Positions 29,378 through 35,689 of a stretch of DNA of 64,000 nucleotides are shown here, one piece after another. The notes beneath the pieces were generated by a model. It was not told the origin of the DNA. It ran no database searches and saw nothing but the letters and a program-made list of their open reading frames with translations. Source of the stretch: a virus. The position numbers and the translations under genes were made by a program. Location: IMG/VR virus record IMGVR_UViG_3300047560_001569, positions 3,627 to 67,626 of that record. The stretch is one strand, 5' to 3'. Within the stretch, counting starts at the first letter, position 1, and every line of letters starts with the position of its first letter.

Positions 29378-29605
29378 TCTACTCTTTTTCAGAGTTGGTT
29401 CATTAATCTTTTCAACCTCATGCGGTTCTGCAAACCGCTGAGGTATATGAAATACATCAAACGCGCCACCCCATGTTATTGGTTTCCAATACTTACTAAG
29501 AATATTATTAATAACAACAATACCTATGCAAATAACAATGAAACCGAGCATAGTAAGAATCGACGCTGCAAGGAATGTTGCTGATTGATCCATGTCCATA
29601 AACAT
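29363..29605 (-). CDS. Small membrane protein
   Basis: Single TM helix; AGGAG RBS. Confidence 0.6.
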   Translation of the reverse strand: MFMDMDQSATFLAASILTMLGFIVICIGIVVINNILSKYWKPITWGGAFDVFHIPQRFAEPHEVEKINEPTLKKSRSLKS

Positions 29606-29622
29606 ATCTCCTAATTAAAATT

Positions 29623-29698
29623 TGGTACTCCGTGGGGGAATCGAACCCCTCCTTACCCGCGTGAAAGGCGAGTGTCCTAACCGATAGACGAACGGAGC
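29623..29698 (-). tRNA. tRNA-Glu(TTC)
   Basis: Cloverleaf; anticodon arm ctcgc-CTTTCAC-gcggg; encoded CCA. Confidence 0.9.
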
Positions 29699-29711
29699 AC
29701 ATATCTGGTTT

Positions 29712-29789
29712 TGGAGCAACGGGCTGGATTCGAACCAGCGGCTTTTGGGATTTGCAATCCCATGCATTGGGCCTCTCTGCCACCGTTGC
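29712..29789 (-). tRNA. tRNA-Cys(GCA)
   Basis: tggga-TTGCAAA-tccca; TTCGAAT; CCA. Confidence 0.9.
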
Positions 29790-29834
29790 AGTATCTAATT
29801 CATGTATTATACGCAATTTATATATCAATGTCAA

Positions 29835-29908
29835 TTGTACCTTGTGACGGAATCGAACTGCCGTCTGCGCCGTGTAAACACACGGCCCTACCATTAGACG
29901 AACGAGGC
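29835..29908 (-). pseudogene. Degenerate tRNA-Val(TAC)
   Basis: tRNA spacing with TTTACAC loop, but mismatches in acceptor, anticodon and T stems; 3' end CAA rather than CCA. Confidence 0.6.
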
Positions 29909-29911
29909 ATA

Positions 29912-29999
29912 TGGTGGAGGCTCTCCGATTCGAACAGAGAAGAGACAAAGCTAACAGATTTACAGTCTGCCCCCGACACCGTTACGGGACTAAACCTCC
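29912..29999 (-). tRNA. tRNA-Tyr(GTA)
   Basis: gcaga-CTGTAAA-tctgt; long variable arm; CCA. Confidence 0.85.
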
Positions 30000-30009
30000 A
30001 CACTTTTTT

Positions 30010-30085
30010 TGGCTGGCCAACCTGGGCTCGAACCAGGGACACCTTGATTAACAGTCAAGTGCTCTACCAACTGAGCTATAGGCCA
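30010..30085 (-). tRNA. tRNA-Asn(GTT)
   Basis: cttga-CTGTTAA-tcaag; CCA. Confidence 0.92.
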
Positions 30086-30090
30086 ATAAT

Positions 30091-30167
30091 TGGTTCCTCG
30101 ACTTGGATTTGAACCAAGGACCAATGGATTATGAGTCCACTGCTCTAACCAACTGAGCTATCGAGGA
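30091..30167 (-). tRNA. tRNA with CAT anticodon (Met or Ile2)
   Basis: gtgga-CTCATAA-tccat; CCA. Confidence 0.88.
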
Positions 30168-30409
30168 GTAATCTTTTTCTTTCTTAATTTCATTCCTATA
30201 AACGTACCACAAAAAGCTCCGATACCGGCTGGTATCAGCAACCAGTGATCTGTAGTATAGTTGATTACGGCTGTACTTGCGACAACAAACACGATTACTG
30301 CCCATGAGCTGGCCAGCAATGGTTTATCATGTTCTACAGATTTCAAATAATGTGTATAAAACAAATCTGTAAAAAATAATGCAAGAAACGTAACAACCCA
30401 ATCAACCAT
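30158..30409 (-). CDS. Small membrane protein inside the tRNA array
   Basis: Three hydrophobic segments; GGAG upstream. Confidence 0.6.
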   Translation of the reverse strand: MVDWVVTFLALFFTDLFYTHYLKSVEHDKPLLASSWAVIVFVVASTAVINYTTDHWLLIPAGIGAFCGTFIGMKLRKKKITPR

Positions 30410-30448
30410 AGATTTTAAATCTCCTTTTACTTTCCTTACCACAAAACT

Positions 30449-30523
30449 TGGTGCCGACTATCGGATTCGAACTGATGACCTATCGCTTACAAGGCGATTG
30501 CACTACCACTGTGCTAAGTCGGC
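30449..30523 (-). tRNA. tRNA-Thr(TGT)
   Basis: atcgc-CTTGTAA-gcgat; CCA. Confidence 0.92.
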
Positions 30524-30527
30524 TAAT

Positions 30528-30605
30528 TGGTCGGAGTACAAGGATTCGAACCTTGGACCCTCTGGTCCCAAACCAGATGCGCTAGCCAGACTGCGCTATA
30601 CTCCG
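30528..30605 (-). tRNA. tRNA-Pro(TGG)
   Basis: tctgg-TTTGGGA-ccaga; CCA. Confidence 0.92.
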
Positions 30606-30998
30606 AATTTTGGTGGTGATGGATGGAATCGAGCCATCGACCGACTGCGTATGAATTGGTAAGATAATTTCACCAAGAGTATGATCCATACTCCAAGTAT
30701 CCCAGTAATCAATCTTTACATACTTTCTTGGCAGTTTCTCTTTTTGTTTATCAATCCAAAGCAGAAACTTATACAACCACGTTTCATGGCGATCTCTATC
30801 CCATTTAGTGATATCGCCAACCTGTGGTTCTGGTTCTACACTACCATGCGCTAACCATTCACCAAAATTATGAACACGATCAGCAGGATGCTCAAATCCA
30901 AATTCATCTTTTTCTTTTGGAACCCAGAACATCAGCTTTTCAGCTAACTGATATGGTCCAAACCAGTTGCGAGGTTTTCCAATCCAAACTTTCATCAC
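30582..30998 (-). CDS. Conserved phage protein, probably C-terminally truncated
   Basis: WFGPYQLAE...IDYWDTWSMDHTL..IILP, then the frame reads through the half tRNA. Confidence 0.55.
   Translation of the reverse strand: MMKVWIGKPRNWFGPYQLAEKLMFWVPKEKDEFGFEHPADRVHNFGEWLAHGSVEPEPQVGDITKWDRDRHETWLYKFLLWIDKQKEKLPRKYVKIDYWDTWSMDHTLGEIILPIHTQSVDGSIPSITTKIRSIAQSG
30611..30655 (-). pseudogene. 3' half of a tRNA (CAT anticodon); 5' half absent
   Basis: TTCATAC-gcagt-cggtc-gatgg CTCGATT ccatc-catcacc-A-CCA, joined directly to coding sequence. Confidence 0.7.
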
Positions 30999-31195
30999 TC
31001 ACTCCCAATTTTGTTGATCAGAGTTTTATTCATTTCCATAGATCTTTCAAGCATTGTATCCAAGTGATCAATTCGATCTTCATAAAATTTAATCAAATCT
31101 TGAATGCGTTTTTCATGCTCAGCTTCACGCTCTTTCTTTTCAGCGGATAGTGCTTCAGCAACTGCTTTCCAATCTTCTTCATTGTCCCAAGGCAT
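30995..31195 (-). CDS. Small coiled-coil hypothetical protein
   Basis: AAGGAG RBS before MPWDNEED; the longer track ORF overlaps a tRNA. Confidence 0.6.
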   Translation of the reverse strand: MPWDNEEDWKAVAEALSAEKKEREAEHEKRIQDLIKFYEDRIDHLDTMLERSMEMNKTLINKIGSE

Positions 31196-31212
31196 ATACT
31201 TCTCCTTAAAGG

Positions 31213-31287
31213 TGGCTCCACAGGCAGGGATCGAACCTACGACCAATTGATTAACAGTCAACTGCACTACCGCTGTGCTACTGTGGA
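31213..31287 (-). tRNA. tRNA-Asn(GTT), second copy
   Basis: gttga-CTGTTAA-tcaat; CCA. Confidence 0.92.
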
Positions 31288-31375
31288 ATATAAACTTGAA
31301 AGTTCCGATACTACCCATCGTCACTTACAACCGTTGGGAAAGAGGTACAGCTTTCGCAAACATTTCCATTTGTTC

Positions 31376-31450
31376 TGGCGGTCTCAAGGGGTAACGATCC
31401 CCTTCTTCATGCGTGACAGGCATGCGTGCGTCCATGAACACTTTGAAACC
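31376..31450 (-). tRNA. tRNA-Asp(GTC) with atypical T-loop
   Basis: catgc-CTGTCAC-gcatg; T-loop ATCGTTA; CCA. Confidence 0.82.
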
Positions 31451-31454
31451 AAAT

Positions 31455-31526
31455 TGGTGCAGGGCTTCCACCTGCTGCTAATCAAACCTTTCGGTGATTA
31501 ATCTGCCTTGATCTATCCTCAAGGAC
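31455..31526 (-). ncRNA. Putative CCA-terminated three-hairpin non-tRNA RNA
   Basis: ccttga/tcaagg; taatca..ccGAAAgg..tgatta; gcagg/cctgc followed by ACCA. Confidence 0.45.
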
Positions 31527-31532
31527 TTTTAT

Positions 31533-31625
31533 TGGTGGAGGCAGTTGGAGTCGAACCAACAATGTTTACCACGAGGGAACGGATTTACAGTCCGCTGCAG
31601 AACACGCCATATCTACAATGCCTCC
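31533..31625 (-). tRNA. tRNA-Tyr(GTA), second copy
   Basis: gcgga-CTGTAAA-tccgt; long variable arm; CCA. Confidence 0.85.
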
Positions 31626-31633
31626 AAAAATTT

Positions 31634-31757
31634 CCATTAGTTTTGCTGACTGCACTATTTGCTATGCTCAACGGAATTGCTAGCTAGACGTACCGTTTAT
31701 GTACATAGTTACTCAGGCGTGATCAAGCCCATGGCTTACAATCAGCAAAACTAATGG
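31634..31757 (-). ncRNA. Putative structured RNA closed by a 16-21 bp terminal stem
   Basis: Perfect inverted repeat ccattagttttgctga (31634-49) / tcagcaaaactaatgg (31742-57). Confidence 0.55.
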
Positions 31758-31830
31758 TAGTCGGTGCGGGAATCGAACCCAGCCTTACTGCCGTGAAAGG
31801 GCAGTGTCCTAACCGATAGACGAACCGACC
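31755..31830 (-). tRNA. tRNA-Glu(TTC), second copy
   Basis: ctgcc-CTTTCAC-ggcag; CCA. Confidence 0.9.
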
Positions 31831-31982
31831 AAAGTGCAGAGGAAGCCCCCACCCAACGCATCTCTACAGTATCATTCTCCCAACGATACCCCTTACGTGG
31901 GGATTCCAGACGTAACTGGTAACTCCCCAATACCCCATGCTTGCGAATCGACACAAGACTCATAGAGGATTTCAGAACTACT

Positions 31983-32011
31983 ATTATACTACATATAAAA
32001 TTGCAAGACAA
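31983..32011 (-). promoter_or_regulatory. Sigma70-type promoter inside the tRNA array
   Basis: TTGTCT-N17-TATAAT. Confidence 0.7.
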
Positions 32012-32019
32012 TACTTTTT

Positions 32020-32094
32020 TGGCGTCCCGTGAGAGATTCGAACTCCTATCAACGGCGTGACAAGCCGCTATACTAACCATTATACTATGAGACC
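32020..32094 (-). tRNA. tRNA-Asp(GTC), second copy
   Basis: gcggc-TTGTCAC-gccgt; TTCGAAT; CCA; imperfect acceptor stem. Confidence 0.78.
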
Positions 32095-32098
32095 AAAT

Positions 32099-32183
32099 TG
32101 GTGGAGAATCAGGGATTCGAACCCCGTATACCTGAGGTGGAAGATTTACAGTCTCCTGAAGTCGCCAATGCTTCTCATTCTCC
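32099..32183 (-). tRNA. tRNA-Tyr(GTA), third copy
   Basis: ggaga-CTGTAAA-tcttc; long variable arm; CCA. Confidence 0.85.
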
Positions 32184-32277
32184 ATATAGAAACACACTAA
32201 TGGTTTTTCCCCGTATACAGGTAAATTTCCTCCACCAAAAGGACATCCAGCGCTAGATGTTAGTGTGTTTCTATATG
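32183..32277 (-). ncRNA. Putative four-way-junction RNA closed by an 18-bp stem
   Basis: Perfect inverted repeat catatagaaacacactaa (32183-200) / ttagtgtgtttctatatg (32260-77) enclosing three short hairpins. Confidence 0.55.
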
Positions 32278-32278
32278 A

Positions 32279-32431
32279 ACCATTTATTTAGTGCTATCGC
32301 GCCTATTTGTCAACAAATTAGCTAAATCTGACAAGCGAATAGCGGTTATATCAGGACCTGTTCCTCGCACAGTTAGGCCCGCATAGTATACACGTCTGCA
32401 CACGATACCCTGATAGCACTAAACAAATGGT
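32279..32431 (-). ncRNA. Putative structured RNA closed by a 20-bp stem
   Basis: Inverted repeat 32279-98 / 32412-31; its single mismatch is a G-U pair only on the minus strand. Confidence 0.55.
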
Positions 32432-32625
32432 GTAGGCTACGTCTTTCCATCTTCGCCCCTACATGAGTTGTTACCCTGTCCATCCCATTTATCCGGTACC
32501 TGTGTGCAGTTGGGATTCTGCCTATCAGAGTCTGAGTGGGTTACACTCGCTAACGGTTTTCTGCCACCGGATCTCTATCGTTAATCAAACGCTACTTTAA
32601 CGGAAGTAGTAACGGGATTCTTTTG
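32428..32625 (-). ncRNA. Putative multibranched RNA of about 200 nt ending in CCA, first element of the tRNA operon
   Basis: Nested pairings atcccgtt/aatgggat, atccggt/accggat, ctactt/aagtag; terminal gtagg/cctac-ACCA. Confidence 0.5.
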
Positions 32626-32635
32626 AACTGCGCCC

Positions 32636-32664
32636 AGTATACCTCTGTTTACATATTCCAGCAA
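32636..32664 (-). promoter_or_regulatory. Sigma70-type promoter heading the tRNA/ncRNA array
   Basis: TTGCTG-N17-TATACT just downstream of the yhhQ terminator. Confidence 0.7.
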
Positions 32665-32684
32665 CTAGCTATTACTAACCCATA

Positions 32685-32719
32685 AACAAAAAACCCTGGA
32701 GTCTTTCGAGTCCAGGGTT
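32685..32719 (-). terminator. Rho-independent terminator after the transporter gene
   Basis: aaccctgga...GAAA...tccagggtt followed by a U-tract on the minus strand. Confidence 0.8.
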
Positions 32720-32742
32720 CATTGAGTGACTATTTTTAGTCT

Positions 32743-33378
32743 CTATGTCCCCTGCTTTGCCTCGTCTAATTTATTTTGCAAATAATTCAACAAGACACCA
32801 TATGCCGGCAATATTACTAATAAACTAACAACAATCTTAGTAATACTTTGGTTTGTTGCAACGATGTGCCAATTATTTGACATGAATTCGTCTTTACCTC
32901 CAGCAAATGCTGTGAAGAAGAAAACATACGTATCAAAGAATGTAGACACAACTGAACTTAATGTAGGTGCGATCCACCACTGAGGGTACTTCTCACGGAA
33001 GTATTGGAATACATACACATCAAGTAAATTGCTAACAAAGTATGCTGTACCAGAACCTAATCCAATACGGAATGCTACCGATTCAGGAGCACCACCCGCT
33101 AGCACCACAAGAATGCTAACAACAATTGCTGGAATAAACGCTAAGCCAATCACTGCACGACCCAACTGTTTACCTAAAAGGCGAACAGTCAAGTCAGTAG
33201 CAACAACAACCAACGGAAATGTGAACGCCGCTGCTGCCAAAGGATAACCGAGTATTTCAAATTTGAATTGAACTAGCCAGTTGCTAAGAGCAATAACAAA
33301 TACATGAAACGCCATTATCTTATAGGCTAATGAACGATCAACACCAGATAATACTTTATCCAAAAGATTGTTAAACAT
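32743..33378 (-). CDS. yhhQ: Queuosine-precursor transporter (YhhQ/Vut_1 family)
   Basis: IALSNWLVQ, FTFPLVVVATDLTVRLLG, RIGLGS..AY, LDVYVF, WWIAP..S, DT..FF..AF. Confidence 0.85.
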   Translation of the reverse strand: MFNNLLDKVLSGVDRSLAYKIMAFHVFVIALSNWLVQFKFEILGYPLAAAAFTFPLVVVATDLTVRLLGKQLGRAVIGLAFIPAIVVSILVVLAGGAPESVAFRIGLGSGTAYFVSNLLDVYVFQYFREKYPQWWIAPTLSSVVSTFFDTYVFFFTAFAGGKDEFMSNNWHIVATNQSITKIVVSLLVILPAYGVLLNYLQNKLDEAKQGT

Positions 33379-33388
33379 AGTTTATATC

Positions 33389-33931
33389 TTAGAAACTAAA
33401 ACCAACGCCTAAACCATAAGCGTTCTCTTTAATGTCTTGGTATGACTTGCTCAAGTTAAAATTAACAGCAACGCCCTTTGCGACTGGAACAGAGTATGTA
33501 CCAAATGCAACAGTTTGATGTGTCATGTTAGCTTCTGTGCTACTAACACGTGTCTTGGCGCCCACCAAGGCATAACCTGGACCAACTGGTAAACCAGTTG
33601 TTGCACCAATCAAACTATAACGGTAGTCGCTATTCTTAGCGCCATTAGCACCATTGTCGAATCCTACACCAACGAAAGGTGTAAACCCACCGATAGACTT
33701 ACCAGCAGTAGTTTCCAAGCTGTTATACATTCCACCATTCGATGAAACGCTTGTGCGGCTCTGCAAACCCAATTGGATACCACCGACTTCCTTGCCTGCA
33801 CGAACATACTGAGCTGTGCTGTCTGCATAGCCTTGTTTGCTCTTCACGTGGTCGATATCGACGGTAACATAATCAGCAGCATATGCTGCAGCAGATAATG
33901 CAACTAATGTTGCGATTGCGGTTTTCTTCAT
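33389..33931 (-). CDS. Small outer-membrane beta-barrel (porin-like) protein
   Basis: Signal peptide ending AYA, alternating beta-strand pattern, C-terminal YGLGVGFSF (BAM-type signal). Confidence 0.75.
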   Translation of the reverse strand: MKKTAIATLVALSAAAYAADYVTVDIDHVKSKQGYADSTAQYVRAGKEVGGIQLGLQSRTSVSSNGGMYNSLETTAGKSIGGFTPFVGVGFDNGANGAKNSDYRYSLIGATTGLPVGPGYALVGAKTRVSSTEANMTHQTVAFGTYSVPVAKGVAVNFNLSKSYQDIKENAYGLGVGFSF

Positions 33932-33978
33932 TTAAACTCCTTAATTGAAAGAATAAGTTTGGTTGAGGTCAAACTTTG

Positions 33979-34431
33979 CTAAACACCTTCTTGATCTGTA
34001 TAAATATCAACGAACAAAACATTCATTTCGGCTTCTTTAAACATCTGTAAAGTAACAGCATAATGATTGTGTGTTCTCGTTTCATCAGGTTTTGGTGTAA
34101 CTACAGTTTTAATTCCTTTTTGAATTATTCCTTTAGCACACTCATTGCAAGGAAATAACGTGGTATACATTATCGCCCCATCGACATTGCAAAAAGCATT
34201 ATCTAGAGCATTTCTTTCAGCATGAACAACATACAAGTACTTGGTTTCCTTGTTTGCGTATCGAGACTGAAAATCAAATATCCCCCTTGGAAGCCCATTG
34301 AATCCTATACTAATAACTTGTCTGTCTGCATTAACAATGCATGCTCCAACTTTAGTATTTGGATCCTTTGACCACTGCGCTACGTGCAGTGCTAATTCAT
34401 AAAAACGCTTATGCCATTTGCCTGTAACCAT
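33979..34431 (-). CDS. dCMP deaminase
   Basis: SKDP.TKVGA, HAERNA, PCNECA. Confidence 0.92.
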   Translation of the reverse strand: MVTGKWHKRFYELALHVAQWSKDPNTKVGACIVNADRQVISIGFNGLPRGIFDFQSRYANKETKYLYVVHAERNALDNAFCNVDGAIMYTTLFPCNECAKGIIQKGIKTVVTPKPDETRTHNHYAVTLQMFKEAEMNVLFVDIYTDQEGV

Positions 34432-34466
34432 TATATTATTATCTCTCCTTCAGGCAACTCAGTCAA

Positions 34467-34865
34467 CTATTTTTTATGACCGATGTTGTATTTTGCAATC
34501 AATTCCCATTCATTCTTTTCTTTGAACGGAAGTACCTTTATCTGGGATAATGGTGAGGTCGATTCCATTGTCTTATTGGTATCCACCAACTCCACTAAAC
34601 CCCACTCAGCAATCAAATTGGCAATAGTATTTCGTCTAGAAATATCATCTTCAGTTATATTTGTCGGTTTACCATCAAGTGCAAACAACTCTTTAAAATG
34701 AACAATATAGTACCGACCTTGTTTATGTAGGATGTGACAAGATTGAAATAAAATCTGGTCCTTTTTTGATGCTACACCTATTCTTGTTAACGTCTCGCGT
34801 ACTTTTAAAAAATCATCTTCATTTGCAAGCTTCACCTCGACTAACGAGTCAAGTATATTTGTCAT
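34467..34865 (-). CDS. regA: Translational repressor RegA
   Basis: DFLKVRETLTRIG, QSCHILHKQG.YYIVHFKELF. Confidence 0.96.
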   Translation of the reverse strand: MTNILDSLVEVKLANEDDFLKVRETLTRIGVASKKDQILFQSCHILHKQGRYYIVHFKELFALDGKPTNITEDDISRRNTIANLIAEWGLVELVDTNKTMESTSPLSQIKVLPFKEKNEWELIAKYNIGHKK

Positions 34866-35250
34866 GTTCAACTCCACTTGTTATTATAGTTTTTATAATG
34901 GACAGTTGTTCGTTAGATAATAGTGGTAGTGCTTGTTTCGCTTTATCGACACCATACCCATAGTATTGCATCACTGCCAACAAATCAGCACTATCTTCTT
35001 TTTTTACCCATTTAGAAAAACGTTTTCCTGATCGAATACTATTTAGCAGGAAGTGGAATTGTAGCTTTTTATCGAGATCTGGGTATTGGTTGATCTCGTT
35101 TACATACATTAACGTATCAGGAAAGTAAGAGAGAGACCGATTAACCACAAATGGAACATAATCTTTTTCAGCTTGTTGATCATCTTCTCCTCCCGTCATC
35201 AAGTCTTTCTTGGTTTTATTTATTGCATTCACATAATCAAATGGGTTCAT
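34849..35250 (-). CDS. gp62: Clamp loader small subunit (gp62)
   Basis: YVPFVVNRSLS, RFSKW; position upstream of regA. Confidence 0.9.
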   Translation of the reverse strand: MNPFDYVNAINKTKKDLMTGGEDDQQAEKDYVPFVVNRSLSYFPDTLMYVNEINQYPDLDKKLQFHFLLNSIRSGKRFSKWVKKEDSADLLAVMQYYGYGVDKAKQALPLLSNEQLSIIKTIITSGVEHDKYT

Positions 35251-35534
35251 GTAATCATCCTAATTAACCCCACCATATCGATTGTCACTAACAGTAGATA
35301 GTTAGCCAACATCCCAAAGCTTTTGCGAGTGTAAGCAGCCCATGCATACATAGCACAGCCACTAATCCAGATAGGATATAATATAACAAGAGGAGGATTA
35401 GGGACGGTTGTTGCCATGGTGATCGAGCAACCAATACTAATAGTCCAAGCAAGCAGCTCAACACAAAAACGTATTGAATGAGTCCGATAATCATGTCTTA
35501 TCCATTCAAAAGTAGGTTTAAATATATCCAACAT
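35247..35534 (-). CDS. Small membrane protein
   Basis: Three hydrophobic segments. Confidence 0.6.
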   Translation of the reverse strand: MLDIFKPTFEWIRHDYRTHSIRFCVELLAWTISIGCSITMATTVPNPPLVILYPIWISGCAMYAWAAYTRKSFGMLANYLLLVTIDMVGLIRMIT

Positions 35535-35686
35535 TACCAGTGCCTTATAACGCCAGCCACAATGAAGCAGTTGGTAATAACATAACATAATACTATACCC
35601 GTTCGTATAATTGCAATACGATCAGCCTCTTTATTATTTGAGCCGGCCTTCTCACCTAACGCCTTAGCCCACAATCTCCACCCCAC
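35534..35686 (-). CDS. Small conserved phage membrane protein (50 aa, not in ORF track)
   Basis: WRLWAKALGEKAG...EADRIAIIRT...FIVAGVIRHW; GTG start. Confidence 0.6.
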   Translation of the reverse strand: MGWRLWAKALGEKAGSNNKEADRIAIIRTGIVLCYVITNCFIVAGVIRHW

Positions 35687-35689
35687 AAC

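Noticed and set aside
29508-30112. ORFs 29508-29948, 29711-30112 and 29818-30042
   Set aside because: They run across tRNA genes and are spurious translations.
31247-32197. ORFs 31247-31501 and 31751-32197, and the N-terminal extension of 30995-31324
   Set aside because: They overlap tRNAs and structured RNA and have no RBS or protein-like features.
31290-32625. Hammerhead or HDV-like (theta) ribozymes, or CRISPR repeats, in the tRNA spacers
   Set aside because: I could not place a CUGANGA/GAAA core or a nested double pseudoknot by eye, and there are no direct repeats with spacers. A covariance search is still warranted.
33932-33978. Possible preQ1 riboswitch upstream of the porin and yhhQ genes
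   Set aside because: Only a simple AAGUUUG/CAAACUU hairpin is present, without the preQ1-I loop or A-rich tail.
33999-34006. Plus-strand TATAAATA in the dCMP deaminase gene
   Set aside because: It is antisense with no downstream plus-strand gene and is expected by chance in AT-rich DNA.
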